Assembly (NCBI GenBank): GCA_965207735.1
Contig: OZ242296.1
Location: 3,488,001-3,552,000 of the forward strand
Length of the DNA stretch: 64,000 bases
Direction of reading: 5' to 3'
DNA from: Candidatus Versatilivorator sp.
Lineage (GTDB): Bacteria; Acidobacteriota; Terriglobia; Versatilivoradales; Versatilivoraceae
Numbering within the stretch: position 1 is the first letter of the stretch; each line of letters begins with the position of its first letter. Positions 54,751-64,000 of this stretch are shown in pieces. The position numbers and the translations under genes were made by a program. The notes under the pieces were generated by a model. That model was given only the letters and a program-made list of their open reading frames with translations, had not been told where the DNA came from and made no database searches.

Positions 54751-55224
54751 TTGGACTGCGGTTTTGGAAAATCGAGTCGCTTGTTGACGGCTGAGCAGTA
54801 CCGGCGGGTCTATTCCGGCGGCAAGGTGCTTCGCGGCCGTCAGATTCAACTATTCTATTTGAGGAACAGCCTTCGGCATCCCCGCTTTGGCGTCTCCGTG
54901 GGCCGGAAGTTGGGCAAAGCCGTCAGGAGGAACCTGCTACGGCGTCGCATCAGAGAGGCGATACGGCTGAACAAGGCCCGCTTGGCGGAATGTGGTGTGG
55001 ATGTGGTGGTGCATCCCAGGCCGTCTGCAACACCGTTGGGATCTCAATCGACCTTTTCTGAACTGAAGCGCCTTCTGGGACATTTGACGAGGACCCTTGG
55101 AACTCCTCAAGAGAGGCGTACTCGGCATCATTCGCTTTTACAAGCAGTTTGCTTCGCCGCTACTACCTCCAGCTTGCCGGTTCTGGCCATCCTGCTCGGA
55201 TTATTCCTATCAAGCCATCAGTAA
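54751..55224 (+). CDS. rnpA: Ribonuclease P protein component
   Basis: RFGVSVGRKLGKAVRRNLLRRRIRE; C-terminus extends into yidD. Confidence 0.92.
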   Translation: MDCGFGKSSRLLTAEQYRRVYSGGKVLRGRQIQLFYLRNSLRHPRFGVSVGRKLGKAVRRNLLRRRIREAIRLNKARLAECGVDVVVHPRPSATPLGSQSTFSELKRLLGHLTRTLGTPQERRTRHHSLLQAVCFAATTSSLPVLAILLGLFLSSHQ

Positions 55225-55315
55225 ATATGGTCTCCTGAGAGGGACACTGCTCGCGGTGAGGCGAATTGCGCGCTGCCATCCGCTTCACCGAGGCGGCTAC
55301 GACCCGCTTGAGTAG
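55097..55315 (+). CDS. yidD: Membrane protein insertion efficiency factor
   Basis: CRFWPSCSDY...RCHPLHRGGYDP. Confidence 0.93.
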   Translation: MELLKRGVLGIIRFYKQFASPLLPPACRFWPSCSDYSYQAISKYGLLRGTLLAVRRIARCHPLHRGGYDPLE

Positions 55316-55326
55316 TCGGATCGTCG

Positions 55327-57099
55327 ATGAACAGAGACTTTCTCCTAGCCATTGCTCTTTCCTTCCTCGTTCTGCTGGCGTCCCGCTACTTGCTGGAGCC
55401 CTACTTCCAACCCGAACCTTCCGCGCCAACCGCAGAGGTTGACCGGCCGGGTCCTGAGGGGGACCGGCCGGACCCTGAGCCGGCACCGGCGGCGGCCGTT
55501 CCGCCTATTCCCCGGGATAGGCCGGCACCGGTTCTTGCCGGCACCCGCAAAGCCCTCAGGGAGCAGGCCTACACGGTGGAGACCGACTTGTACAAACTGT
55601 CGTTTTCCAACCGGGGAGCCGTAGTGAAGGAATGGGTGCTGAAGCGTTACCTGGACGCCAATGGCGAACCGCTGAATCTCATCGACGCGGACTCTTCGCC
55701 ACAGGCTGTATTCCCCATGGCCTTGATCGTCGATAATGCGCCGGACGTCTCGGCTCTCCTCCGGTCGGTGCTCTTTCGCAGCGAGTCGCCGGCGAAAGTC
55801 GATCTGACCCACGGTGGAGAAGGCTCGGGAAGCCTGCGATTCGAGTATGCGGAGGGTGGAATCCAGGTGGTGAAGACCATAACCTTCCGGTCGGGCTCTT
55901 ACGAGGTCGAGGTGGATTGCGACGTCTCCGTCAACGGCCGACCGGTGGGTTACTTTCTCCTCTGGCAGGGTGAATTCGGGGATGCCACCCTGGAAAACAC
56001 CTGGGCCAAGCGCCAGGTGTTCTATCGAGGCCAGGAAGGGATCGAACGGATGGAGGCCGGGGACCTCGAGAGCAAGCAGGAGATGGAAGGGCGATTCCGG
56101 TTTCTGGGCGTGGAGGATCACTACTTTGCAGCCGTGTTCCTGCCGGTGGACCCGAGCGGGATCGGCCGTATCCAGTTGGCCCGGGACACCGGAACATCGG
56201 AGCAGGAATCGGAGGAGCTTTTGCTGAGGGCCGGGGTTTACAGTTCGGCGTCAGAAGGCCGCGTCAGACTGTTCGTGGGCCCCAAAGACACCGAGGTGTT
56301 GCCCCAAGAGTTGCGGGATCTTATTGATTATGGGTGGTTTGCCTTCCTGTGCAAGCCCTTGTTCGTCGGGCTGAAGTGGATTTACGGCGTGGTGGGCAAC
56401 TACGGAGTCGCCATTATTCTGCTGACGGTGGTCATCAATGCCGCTCTGTTTCCATTGCGCTACAAGTCAGTCACCGCCTCCCAGAAGATGCAGAAGGTGC
56501 AACCCAGGATCAAGGCCATCCAGGAGAAATACAAGAAGCTCAAGGCAACCGATCCCAAGCGCCAGCAGATGAACGCCGAGGTCATGGCGTTGTACAAGGA
56601 ACACGGTGTGAATCCCTTGGGAGGGTGCTTGCCCCTTTTGCTGCAAATGCCCTTCCTGTTCGCCTTTTACAGCCTGTTGAACGTGGCTATCGAATTGCGG
56701 CAGGCTCCCTTTGTCGCCTGGCTCCATGACTTGTCGGCTCCGGATCCGACCTACGTGCTGCCTGTGCTCATGGTCGGCTCCATGATGTTGACTCAAAAGT
56801 TGACGCCGATGCCGTCGGCGGACCCGTTGCAGGCCAAGATGATGCTCTTCATGCCGTTGATCTTCGGCTTCATGATGGCCACTCAGTCCAGCGGCCTGGT
56901 TCTCTACTGGTTTACCAGCAATCTCGTCAACATATTCCAACAGTTGGCCATGAATCGCTTCGGTCCGGGGGCGCCGGCGAAGCAGGCCGGAGGGTCCGGG
57001 GGGGAAGGCAAGAACGCAGCCAAAGTGGATCAGACGAAGCCCGAGCCCAAAGCGGTTCCCCGCAGGTCCAAGCGAAGAAAAGCGCGGTCGGCGCGTTGA
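55327..57099 (+). CDS. yidC: Membrane protein insertase YidC
   Basis: IDYGWF, NPLGGCLPLLLQMP, GLVLYW. Confidence 0.97.
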   Translation: MNRDFLLAIALSFLVLLASRYLLEPYFQPEPSAPTAEVDRPGPEGDRPDPEPAPAAAVPPIPRDRPAPVLAGTRKALREQAYTVETDLYKLSFSNRGAVVKEWVLKRYLDANGEPLNLIDADSSPQAVFPMALIVDNAPDVSALLRSVLFRSESPAKVDLTHGGEGSGSLRFEYAEGGIQVVKTITFRSGSYEVEVDCDVSVNGRPVGYFLLWQGEFGDATLENTWAKRQVFYRGQEGIERMEAGDLESKQEMEGRFRFLGVEDHYFAAVFLPVDPSGIGRIQLARDTGTSEQESEELLLRAGVYSSASEGRVRLFVGPKDTEVLPQELRDLIDYGWFAFLCKPLFVGLKWIYGVVGNYGVAIILLTVVINAALFPLRYKSVTASQKMQKVQPRIKAIQEKYKKLKATDPKRQQMNAEVMALYKEHGVNPLGGCLPLLLQMPFLFAFYSLLNVAIELRQAPFVAWLHDLSAPDPTYVLPVLMVGSMMLTQKLTPMPSADPLQAKMMLFMPLIFGFMMATQSSGLVLYWFTSNLVNIFQQLAMNRFGPGAPAKQAGGSGGEGKNAAKVDQTKPEPKAVPRRSKRRKARSAR

Positions 57100-57107
57100 A
57101 GGGCACC

Positions 57108-57533
57108 ATGACTCTACAAGAATTTCTGAACCTTTTCGTTCGATCCGCGGACCTGAAGTTGTCCTTCGAGGTGGTGGAACTGGACACTCAGGTCGAGGTG
57201 AACTTCACTGGAGAAGATCGGGGGATTCTGCTGGCTCGTTCGGCAGCCGTCCTTCAGGCCCTGGAGTCCTTGTGCAACCGCATGTTTGAACGAAGCGGCT
57301 TGCGAATCGTGCTGGATTCCGAGGGATATCGTTCGGTGCGGACCGAGGAACTGCAGCTCATGGCGGTTACCGCCGCCGAGCAGGTGAAGCGCCAGGGCCA
57401 ACCCTTTCCCTTGAGCCCCATGTCTCCGGAGGAACGGCGAATCGTTCACCTGGCCGTGGCCGGAGACGAAGCCATCCGTACCGAAAGCGAGGGATACGGC
57501 GAAGACAGAAGGGTCGTAATCCACCCCAGATAG
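57108..57533 (+). CDS. Jag/KhpB-like KH-R3H protein (no Jag_N domain)
   Basis: PMSPEERRIVH R3H motif, TESEG, canonical position after yidC. Confidence 0.85.
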   Translation: MTLQEFLNLFVRSADLKLSFEVVELDTQVEVNFTGEDRGILLARSAAVLQALESLCNRMFERSGLRIVLDSEGYRSVRTEELQLMAVTAAEQVKRQGQPFPLSPMSPEERRIVHLAVAGDEAIRTESEGYGEDRRVVIHPR

Positions 57534-57639
57534 TCGGCAGAACCGCCCCCCCCCGCCTCCCGGGCCGTGGCATCCTCTTGCTCCTATTTCTCTCCAAGGG
57601 CCAGACGCCTCGATTCTCAGCATCTGTCAAGCAGCAATC

Positions 57640-59013
57640 ATGCCCACCTTGATTGACGACACCATCGCCGCCATTGCGACCCCCGTGGGACGGAGCGGCA
57701 TCGGGATGATTCGCTTGAGCGGAGAGGATGCCCGAAGGATCGCGGCGAGGGTCTGTGGCTGTCGGAGCGACAGTCTTCGGGATCGCACCACCAGCTTGCG
57801 CAGGATCAGTCACCCAAGAACGGGAGAGGTGCTGGACCAGGGAATGGTGACCTATTTCAGGGCCCCGAGGTCGTATACTGCCGAAGATGTGGTGGAGCTC
57901 GGCTGTCACGGCAGTCCGGTGGTGCTTGAGGCCGTGATGGCAGTCCTGCTGGAATCCGGCGCCAGATTGGCGACGCCGGGCGAGTTCACCTTGAGGGCCT
58001 TTTTGCGAGGCAGGATCGATCTGGTGCAGGCGGAGGCGATTCGTGACCTGATCGAGGCCAAGACCCTTTATCAGGCTCGAGTGGCGCGCCAGCAGGCGGA
58101 GGGATCGCTATCCCGGCGGTTGAAGCCGATCAAGGAATTGCTGGTGCGGTTGATCTCGCTGCTGGAAGCCGGCATCGACTTTGCAGATGACGACGTACCC
58201 GTTCTGGCGGAGGATGCAATTCAAGAGCAGTTGCAGCCGCTGGTAGCCGGGTTGCAGCAGTTGAAGGCCGGTTTTGGTCGGGGACGGTTGCTGAGCGCGG
58301 GACTTACGGTGGCCGTGGTCGGCCGCACCAACGTGGGCAAGTCTACTCTTTTCAATACGTTGCTCAATCAGGAGCGCGCCATTGTCAACGAGTCTCCAGG
58401 GACGACCCGCGACGTGGTCGCGGAAGAGGCTCAGTTGGGAGGGATTCCGGTACGATGGCTGGACACGGCCGGAATTCGCAGCTCGACGGATCCGGTGGAG
58501 CGGATCGGCATCGACAAGACTCGGGAGGTGCTTGCCGATGCCGACAGGCTGCTGCTGGTGCTGGATGGATCGGTCGATCTCACGGACGAGGACAGGAAGC
58601 TGTTGGAGGAGGTGAAGCAGCAGGCCTGCTGCCTGGTCATCAACAAGATCGACTTGCCACAGCGGTTGCCCGGAGAAGGGATGGGGCCTGTCGAGGCGCC
58701 CGTGGTCCGGGTTTCCGCCTTGACCGGTGAAGGGGTGGAAGCCTTGAAGCAGGTGCTGGTTGAGGATCTGGGCCAAGGGAAAGCCATGCAGCAGGAAGGG
58801 ACCCTGGTCACCAATTTCCGCCAGCAGCAAAGGATTGGCGAGGCATTGAAAGCTTTGAAGAGAGCGGGGACTGCTGTCGAGCGAGGGTTGCCGCACGAAG
58901 TGATATTGCTGGACTTGCATGGAGCCTTGATCTCGCTGAACGAACTGACGGGAGAGACGGGGATTGAAGACATTCTGGGTCGCATCTTTCAAACCTTCTG
59001 TGTGGGCAAGTGA
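57640..59013 (+). CDS. mnmE: tRNA modification GTPase MnmE
   Basis: DTIAAIATP, GRTNVGKS, DTAG, NKID, C-terminal FCVGK. Confidence 0.97.
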   Translation: MPTLIDDTIAAIATPVGRSGIGMIRLSGEDARRIAARVCGCRSDSLRDRTTSLRRISHPRTGEVLDQGMVTYFRAPRSYTAEDVVELGCHGSPVVLEAVMAVLLESGARLATPGEFTLRAFLRGRIDLVQAEAIRDLIEAKTLYQARVARQQAEGSLSRRLKPIKELLVRLISLLEAGIDFADDDVPVLAEDAIQEQLQPLVAGLQQLKAGFGRGRLLSAGLTVAVVGRTNVGKSTLFNTLLNQERAIVNESPGTTRDVVAEEAQLGGIPVRWLDTAGIRSSTDPVERIGIDKTREVLADADRLLLVLDGSVDLTDEDRKLLEEVKQQACCLVINKIDLPQRLPGEGMGPVEAPVVRVSALTGEGVEALKQVLVEDLGQGKAMQQEGTLVTNFRQQQRIGEALKALKRAGTAVERGLPHEVILLDLHGALISLNELTGETGIEDILGRIFQTFCVGK

Positions 59014-59040
59014 ACCGGAGGAAACACCAGGCGGAGACTC

Positions 59041-60897
59041 GTGATGGGTGACAGCACGTTTCAAGACCATGATGTGGTGGTGATCGGCGGCGGTCATGCC
59101 GGCGTGGAAGCGGCGGTGGCGGCTGCCCGGATGGGCTTGGACACCGCGCTTTACACCATGAATGCGGACCTCATCGCTCAGATGTCCTGCAATCCAGCCA
59201 TCGGGGGCATCGCCAAGGGCCATCTGGTGCGTGAGCTGGATGCGATGGGCGGCGTTATGGGAGAGGTGATCGATCGCACAGGGATTCAGTTTCGGTTGTT
59301 GAACCGCAGCCGAGGCCCGGCCGTGTGGTCGCCTCGAGCCCAGGCTGACAAGCAGAGATATCGTGTCGCCATGCGGCGGCTGCTTGAAGGGGAGGCCCGC
59401 CTGGGGATCAAGCAGGCCGAGGTGGTGGAGATTCTGCGAGAGAACGGGCAAGTCAGGGGAGTCGAGCTGGCAGATGGCCGGCGAGTGGGTGCTCGAGCCG
59501 TGGTGTTGACGACCGGCACCTTCTTGAACGGGCTGATTCATATCGGCGAGCGGAAGAGTGCGGCCGGCCGCAGCGGGGAATCTCCTTCAGTGCCGCTGGC
59601 CGAATCGATCAAGGGCATGGGTTTCGGTTGGGGGCGTATGAAGACGGGGACGCCACCGCGGCTGGATGGACGAACGATCGACTTCGGCCTGGCCGAGGAG
59701 CAGAAGGGGGATGAGGACCCCACCCCCTTCTCGTTTAGAACCAAGGAGATCCGCCATCCTCAGGTGTCCTGCTACATCGCCTACAGCAATGATCGTACTC
59801 ACCGGGTCGTCCGGGAAAATCTGAGCCGATCCCCGCTCTATAGTGGACGGATTCAGTCGATCGGCCCTCGCTACTGTCCCTCCTTCGAGGACAAGGTGGT
59901 GAAATTCCCGGAGCGGCCAAGGCATCAGATTTTTCTGGAGCCGGAAGGCCTCTCCACCAATGAGATTTATGTCAATGGCCTCTCCACCAGCATGCCGCCG
60001 GATGTCCAGATGGCGATGGTCCGCTCGATCCGGGGCTTGGAAGAGGCAGAGCTGATCCGGCCGGGGTACGCCATTGAATATGACTACGTGGATCCCCGAG
60101 AGCTGTTTCCGTCCCTGCAAACCAAGCGTGTGGCCGGATTGTTTCATGCCGGCCAGATCAACGGCACCACCGGCTACGAGGAGGCTGCCTGCCAGGGGCT
60201 CATGGCCGGGATCAACGCGGCCCGATGGGTCAGAGGAGAGGAACCGGTCGTGCTGGGGAGGGACGAGGCCTATATTGGGATCCTCATCGATGACCTGGTT
60301 ACCAAGGGAACCGACGAACCCTATCGAATGTTCACTTCCCGTGCCGAGTTCCGGCTGCAGTTGAGAATTGACAATGCGGATCGCAGGCTGACCCCTCTTG
60401 GCGGGAAGCTGGGACTGGTCGGGGCAGAGGCTCTGGCCGAATACGAGTCCAAGCAGAAGCGCATGGAACGGTTGGGAGACTTTCTGAAGGAAGTGCGAGT
60501 CCGGGTAGAAAACGGCAGGATTTCCGCAAGAGAAGCCCTGAAGCGCACGGAATTCCGCATCGAGCAGTTTGTGTCGGGATTGCCCGGAGGCCTGCGGACT
60601 GACCTGAACCCGGAAGAAATGCGCAGCGTGGAGACGGAGATCAAGTATGAGGGGTACCTGCGGCAGCAGAGAGCGGACATCGAAAAGATGAGACGGGCTT
60701 CGTCCAGGGTGCTGCCGGCGAATTTCGAGTATGGGAACGTCGCCGGCCTTTCCCTGGAGATCGTGGAAAAGCTCTCCCGCATCCGGCCGGTGACCATCGG
60801 TCAGGCCAGCCGGATTCCGGGGATGACGCCGGCGGCCCTTTCGATCATCCACGTCCACCTGGAGCTCGAACGGCGCAAGAAAGAAGCGAGGGCGTAG
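59041..60897 (+). CDS. mnmG: tRNA uridine 5-carboxymethylaminomethyl modification enzyme MnmG (GidA)
   Basis: [39 protein letters not shown]. Confidence 0.98.
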   Translation: MMGDSTFQDHDVVVIGGGHAGVEAAVAAARMGLDTALYTMNADLIAQMSCNPAIGGIAKGHLVRELDAMGGVMGEVIDRTGIQFRLLNRSRGPAVWSPRAQADKQRYRVAMRRLLEGEARLGIKQAEVVEILRENGQVRGVELADGRRVGARAVVLTTGTFLNGLIHIGERKSAAGRSGESPSVPLAESIKGMGFGWGRMKTGTPPRLDGRTIDFGLAEEQKGDEDPTPFSFRTKEIRHPQVSCYIAYSNDRTHRVVRENLSRSPLYSGRIQSIGPRYCPSFEDKVVKFPERPRHQIFLEPEGLSTNEIYVNGLSTSMPPDVQMAMVRSIRGLEEAELIRPGYAIEYDYVDPRELFPSLQTKRVAGLFHAGQINGTTGYEEAACQGLMAGINAARWVRGEEPVVLGRDEAYIGILIDDLVTKGTDEPYRMFTSRAEFRLQLRIDNADRRLTPLGGKLGLVGAEALAEYESKQKRMERLGDFLKEVRVRVENGRISAREALKRTEFRIEQFVSGLPGGLRTDLNPEEMRSVETEIKYEGYLRQQRADIEKMRRASSRVLPANFEYGNVAGLSLEIVEKLSRIRPVTIGQASRIPGMTPAALSIIHVHLELERRKKEARA

Positions 60898-60904
60898 GCA
60901 AGGA

Positions 60905-61564
60905 ATGGCAGTCGGGGATTTCTCTGAGGGCCAGGGAGTGGAGTCCCTTCTGGGCCGATGGGGCATTGAGTGCAAAGGGCTGACGGCGGCCAGGGTGGAA
61001 GCCTACCTGGATCTGTTGGAGCAGTGGAACCGTAAGGTAAACCTGACAGGAATTCGAGGCCGGACGGAGATACTGCGTGACCTGTTCGCGGAGTCGTTCC
61101 TGGCGGCCCCATTGCTGGCCGAAGAGGACGGACCCCTGTTGGACGTGGGCTCCGGGGCAGGATTCCCTGGGATGGCATTGAAGATTTTTCGGCCGGAACT
61201 CTCGGTTTATCTCTTGGAGCCTCGCGCAAAGCGGGCCGGCTTTCTGGAGACGGTTCGTCGCCGGCTAGGCCTGGAGGGCGTGTTTGTGATGCGCAAACGG
61301 CTGGAGGAGTGTCTGCCGTCCGATTTCGTCCTCTCCCCCCGCACGGTGACGCTGCGCGGCCTGGGGGCTGTTGGCGTCAAGCTGGCTTGCTGCGACAGGC
61401 TGATCCAGGGCAGGGTGAAGTTGGTGCTGTTCACTACCAGAAGGATATGGGATGCGGAGGTCCGGCCATTGCCGGGCGTGGATTGGTCGGTTCCTGTCCG
61501 GGTTCCCTGGAGCCGGCAGCGCCTGTTGGTGAGTGGCACCAGGGAAAACCAATGTTCCACGTGA
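60905..61564 (+). CDS. rsmG: 16S rRNA m7G527 methyltransferase RsmG (GidB)
   Basis: WNRKVNLT, DVGSGAGFPG. Confidence 0.93.
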   Translation: MAVGDFSEGQGVESLLGRWGIECKGLTAARVEAYLDLLEQWNRKVNLTGIRGRTEILRDLFAESFLAAPLLAEEDGPLLDVGSGAGFPGMALKIFRPELSVYLLEPRAKRAGFLETVRRRLGLEGVFVMRKRLEECLPSDFVLSPRTVTLRGLGAVGVKLACCDRLIQGRVKLVLFTTRRIWDAEVRPLPGVDWSVPVRVPWSRQRLLVSGTRENQCST

Positions 61565-61568
61565 AACA
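61553..61568. promoter_or_regulatory. parS site 1
   Basis: TGTTCCACGTGAAACA matches the universal parS consensus; contains the rsmG stop codon. Confidence 0.95.
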
Positions 61569-61600
61569 TTGGGACAGCGGAAACCCAGTTAAGGAGTCAA

Positions 61601-61616
61601 TGTTCCACGTGAAACA
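61601..61616. promoter_or_regulatory. parS site 2
   Basis: TGTTCCACGTGAAACA, 48 bp after site 1. Confidence 0.95.
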
Positions 61617-61748
61617 TCCGGGCGGCGGAGGATGAATCGGTTGAGTTTTACCGGTGGTTCTGCTAGTAGTTGCCTGCTTCCAACCTGTCCAGGCGGGAAA
61701 GGCTCGCACTCCGAACTCCTTCAGTTGTTCTGAACTCAAGGGGCCCCC

Positions 61749-62534
61749 TTGGCGAAAGTCATCGCCATCGCCAACCAAAAGGGTGGTGTCGGGAAAACCA
61801 CCACCGGCATTAACCTGGCCGCATCCCTGGCCGCAGCCGAGATGAAAACGCTGCTGGTGGACTGCGACCCCCAAGCCAATGCCACCAGCGGCCTGGGTTT
61901 TCCCAAAAGCGCCTCCAGAAAGAGCCTTTATCATCTCCTGTCGGGAGAGATCCGCTGGCAACAGGGGGTGCTCCAAACCGAACTGGAGGGGATGGATATT
62001 GTTCCTGCCGATCAGAACCTGACCGGTGCATTGGTGGAACTGGTGGAGGTCGACCGTCGCGAGTTCCGCTTGAAAGAGGCGATCAAGCCCCTCCGCAGGA
62101 AATACCAATATGTCCTGCTCGATTGTCCCCCCTCACTGAATCTCTTGACCCTCAATGCTTTGGTGGCGGCAGACTCCATCCTGATTCCCATCCAGTGCGA
62201 GTACTTTGCCTTGGAAGGAGTGTCGGAGATGTTGGAGACGATGGTCCAGGTTCGCCGGCAATGGAATCCGGGCTTGTCGGTGGAAGGGTTTCTCTTGACC
62301 ATGTTCGATGAGCGCACCAATCTCAGCCGACAGGTGGCCGCGGACCTGCGCGCCTTCTTCGCGGGCCAGGTGTTCCGGACCGTCATCCCGAGGAATGTCC
62401 GGCTGGCGGAAGCGCCCAGCCACGGGAAACCCATCATTCTTTACGATGTGAAGTCCAAGGGAGCCGGCAGCTATATACAATTGGCTCTGGAGGTGATCGA
62501 TCATGGCAAGAAAGGCGCTCGGAAGGGGAATTAG
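61749..62534 (+). CDS. parA: Chromosome partitioning ATPase ParA/Soj
   Basis: NQKGGVGKTT, DCPPSL, RLAEAPSHG. Confidence 0.97.
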   Translation: MAKVIAIANQKGGVGKTTTGINLAASLAAAEMKTLLVDCDPQANATSGLGFPKSASRKSLYHLLSGEIRWQQGVLQTELEGMDIVPADQNLTGALVELVEVDRREFRLKEAIKPLRRKYQYVLLDCPPSLNLLTLNALVAADSILIPIQCEYFALEGVSEMLETMVQVRRQWNPGLSVEGFLLTMFDERTNLSRQVAADLRAFFAGQVFRTVIPRNVRLAEAPSHGKPIILYDVKSKGAGSYIQLALEVIDHGKKGARKGN

Positions 62535-63351
62535 CGCGCTGCTGGGTGCGGCCAAGCCCGAGGTGGATTCGAGCTTGCGAGAACTGGAGGTGGCATTGCT
62601 GGAACCCAATCCCTTCCAGACTCGAGAGATCTTTGACAAGGACAGGTTGCGGGAGTTGGCGCGCTCCCTGGAGGTGAACGGATTCGTTCAGCCCATCGCG
62701 GTTCGCCAGGTCGGGGACCGTTTTCAGATCATCGCGGGTGAACGGCGTTGGCGGGCGGCCCAACTCCTGGGGCTGCGCAAGATTCCGGCCGTTGTCAGGC
62801 CTCTTGACGACGACCAGTTGATGCAAGCCGCCCTGATCGAGAATCTGCAGCGAGAAAACCTCAATCCAATGGAGGAAGCCCGCGCCTACTCTCGTCTGGC
62901 CAACGAATTCGGATTGACTCAGGAGGAAGTTGCCCGCAGGACCGGCAAGGAGCGCTCGACCGTGACCAACTTCTTGCGGCTGTTAAAGTTGCCGGCTCCG
63001 GTGCAGGGGTTGGTCAAGGGGGGGAAACTCTCCATGGGCCATGCCAGGGCGCTGCTGGCCCTGGACGACCCCCAGGCTCAGCAACTTCTGGCTGCCCAGG
63101 CATCGACGCGGGGATGGTCGGTTCGGCGGATCGAAAGGCTGATTGCGCAACAAAAGAAGTCCACCGGGAAAACGAAGGAGAAGGAAGGGAAGGGGCTGGA
63201 TCCGAATGTCAAGGCCGCCGCGGCCAAGCTGGAGACATCCCTGGGGACCAGGGTGCGTATCGTCTCCGACGGCAACCGCGGCCGGATCGAAATTGAATAC
63301 TACTCCCAAGAGGAACTGCAACGGCTCTATCAGCGCTTGCTCACTAATTAG
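62503..63351 (+). CDS. parB: Chromosome partitioning protein ParB
   Basis: ALGRGISAL, IAGERRWRA, ENLQRENL. Confidence 0.97.
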   Translation: MARKALGRGISALLGAAKPEVDSSLRELEVALLEPNPFQTREIFDKDRLRELARSLEVNGFVQPIAVRQVGDRFQIIAGERRWRAAQLLGLRKIPAVVRPLDDDQLMQAALIENLQRENLNPMEEARAYSRLANEFGLTQEEVARRTGKERSTVTNFLRLLKLPAPVQGLVKGGKLSMGHARALLALDDPQAQQLLAAQASTRGWSVRRIERLIAQQKKSTGKTKEKEGKGLDPNVKAAAAKLETSLGTRVRIVSDGNRGRIEIEYYSQEELQRLYQRLLTN

Positions 63352-64000
63352 GCTCTGATCGTGCCGCGCGGGCGGGGCGAAACTCGGCGACGGAAGCCGG
63401 GATGGCTAGGTCCTGGACAAATTTCATTCGAAAAACCGTTCCGGCCGGCAGGCGGATCTCCCTGCCACGGGTCAGCAGGATCCCCACGATGGCCCCTGCA
63501 ACAGGTCCCGCGATGGCAGCTCCCAGACTGCCTGTCGTAATGGCGATTGGGATCGAGGCCATGGACCCGATCGACGCGCCCTGCTGAGCCTTTCCCAAAT
63601 CGTGGCCGATGTCCCGGTTGGCTTTCAGCTTGCCTTCCTCGTCGGCTCGAATCTTCTCGTCCAGGAGAATATCGTCGGCTGCATCCACCGACACGGCGAT
63701 CGGTTCCGTCCCGTAGTGTGTCTCCAACCCATTCATCAGAGCGTATAGCTGGGCTTTTCCCTTCACTCTTCCAGGCCGCTTGACGAGAGTCACCCGCCCG
63801 GAGAGTTCCACGCCTCGAGGCAGCACGTGCTCCTCATCGATTCGCAGCGGCTCATACAGTGTCCAGTAGAGATGGTCGCCTTTTTCCGAGAGCTTGGTGC
63901 TGACCGGCGTCTGCAAGGAGGCTTTGAACCGGGTTCCGGCCTGAATGGTGAGCCTTTGCTCTGGTGCGGCGCTACGAGCGGAGGGGGTTTGGGCAGCCAG
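63344..64000 (-). CDS. 3' part of an exported TrbI/VirB10-like beta-domain hypothetical protein (start outside the window)
   Basis: Frame is open to the window edge; TIQAGTRFKASLQTPVST...VKRPGRVKGKA...Gly/Ala-rich helices...EIRLPAGT. Confidence 0.6.
   Translation of the reverse strand: MAAQTPSARSAAPEQRLTIQAGTRFKASLQTPVSTKLSEKGDHLYWTLYEPLRIDEEHVLPRGVELSGRVTLVKRPGRVKGKAQLYALMNGLETHYGTEPIAVSVDAADDILLDEKIRADEEGKLKANRDIGHDLGKAQQGASIGSMASIPIAITTGSLGAAIAGPVAGAIVGILLTRGREIRLPAGTVFRMKFVQDLAIPASVAEFRPARAARSEPN

Noticed and set aside
61553-61616. Repeat-spacer-repeat resembling CRISPR
   Set aside because: The repeats are exact parS consensus sites next to parAB.

Overview
GC-rich bacterial chromosome segment spanning the replication origin, probably from an Acidobacteriota member (inferred from gene content such as the Oar-type TonB receptor, not proven). 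The right third (45-64 kb) is the canonical origin region: gyrA-gyrB-recF-dnaN-[oriC with DnaA boxes]-dnaA diverging from rpmH-rnpA-yidD-yidC-khpB-mnmE-mnmG-rsmG-[2 x parS]-parA-parB. The middle is housekeeping and metabolic genes (mfd, surA-like, bioB, metK, tal, gluconokinase, D-lactate dehydrogenase, P450, ACP-FAAL-acyltransferase). The left 6.8 kb is a defence/toxin-antitoxin island: orphan mazE-like, vapB plus frameshifted vapC, higBA, and a type I R-M operon (hsdM-HEPN-MNT-hsdS) followed by low-GC accessory genes. The most notable unannotated structures are three. (1) A divergent second copy of the hsdS 3' end lies directly after the DUF4238 gene, so that gene is bracketed by two hsdS tails, suggesting cassette capture by recombination at hsdS ends. 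(2) A 252-bp CTAG-ended MITE is nested in an older inverted copy of itself whose ends overlap the stop and start codons of flanking genes. (3) Degenerate GxxExxY relics carry inverted repeats, and a related short repeat family is dispersed through the window. No tRNA, rRNA, CRISPR array or intact transposase was seen. All calls come from reading the sequence by eye; no searches were run.
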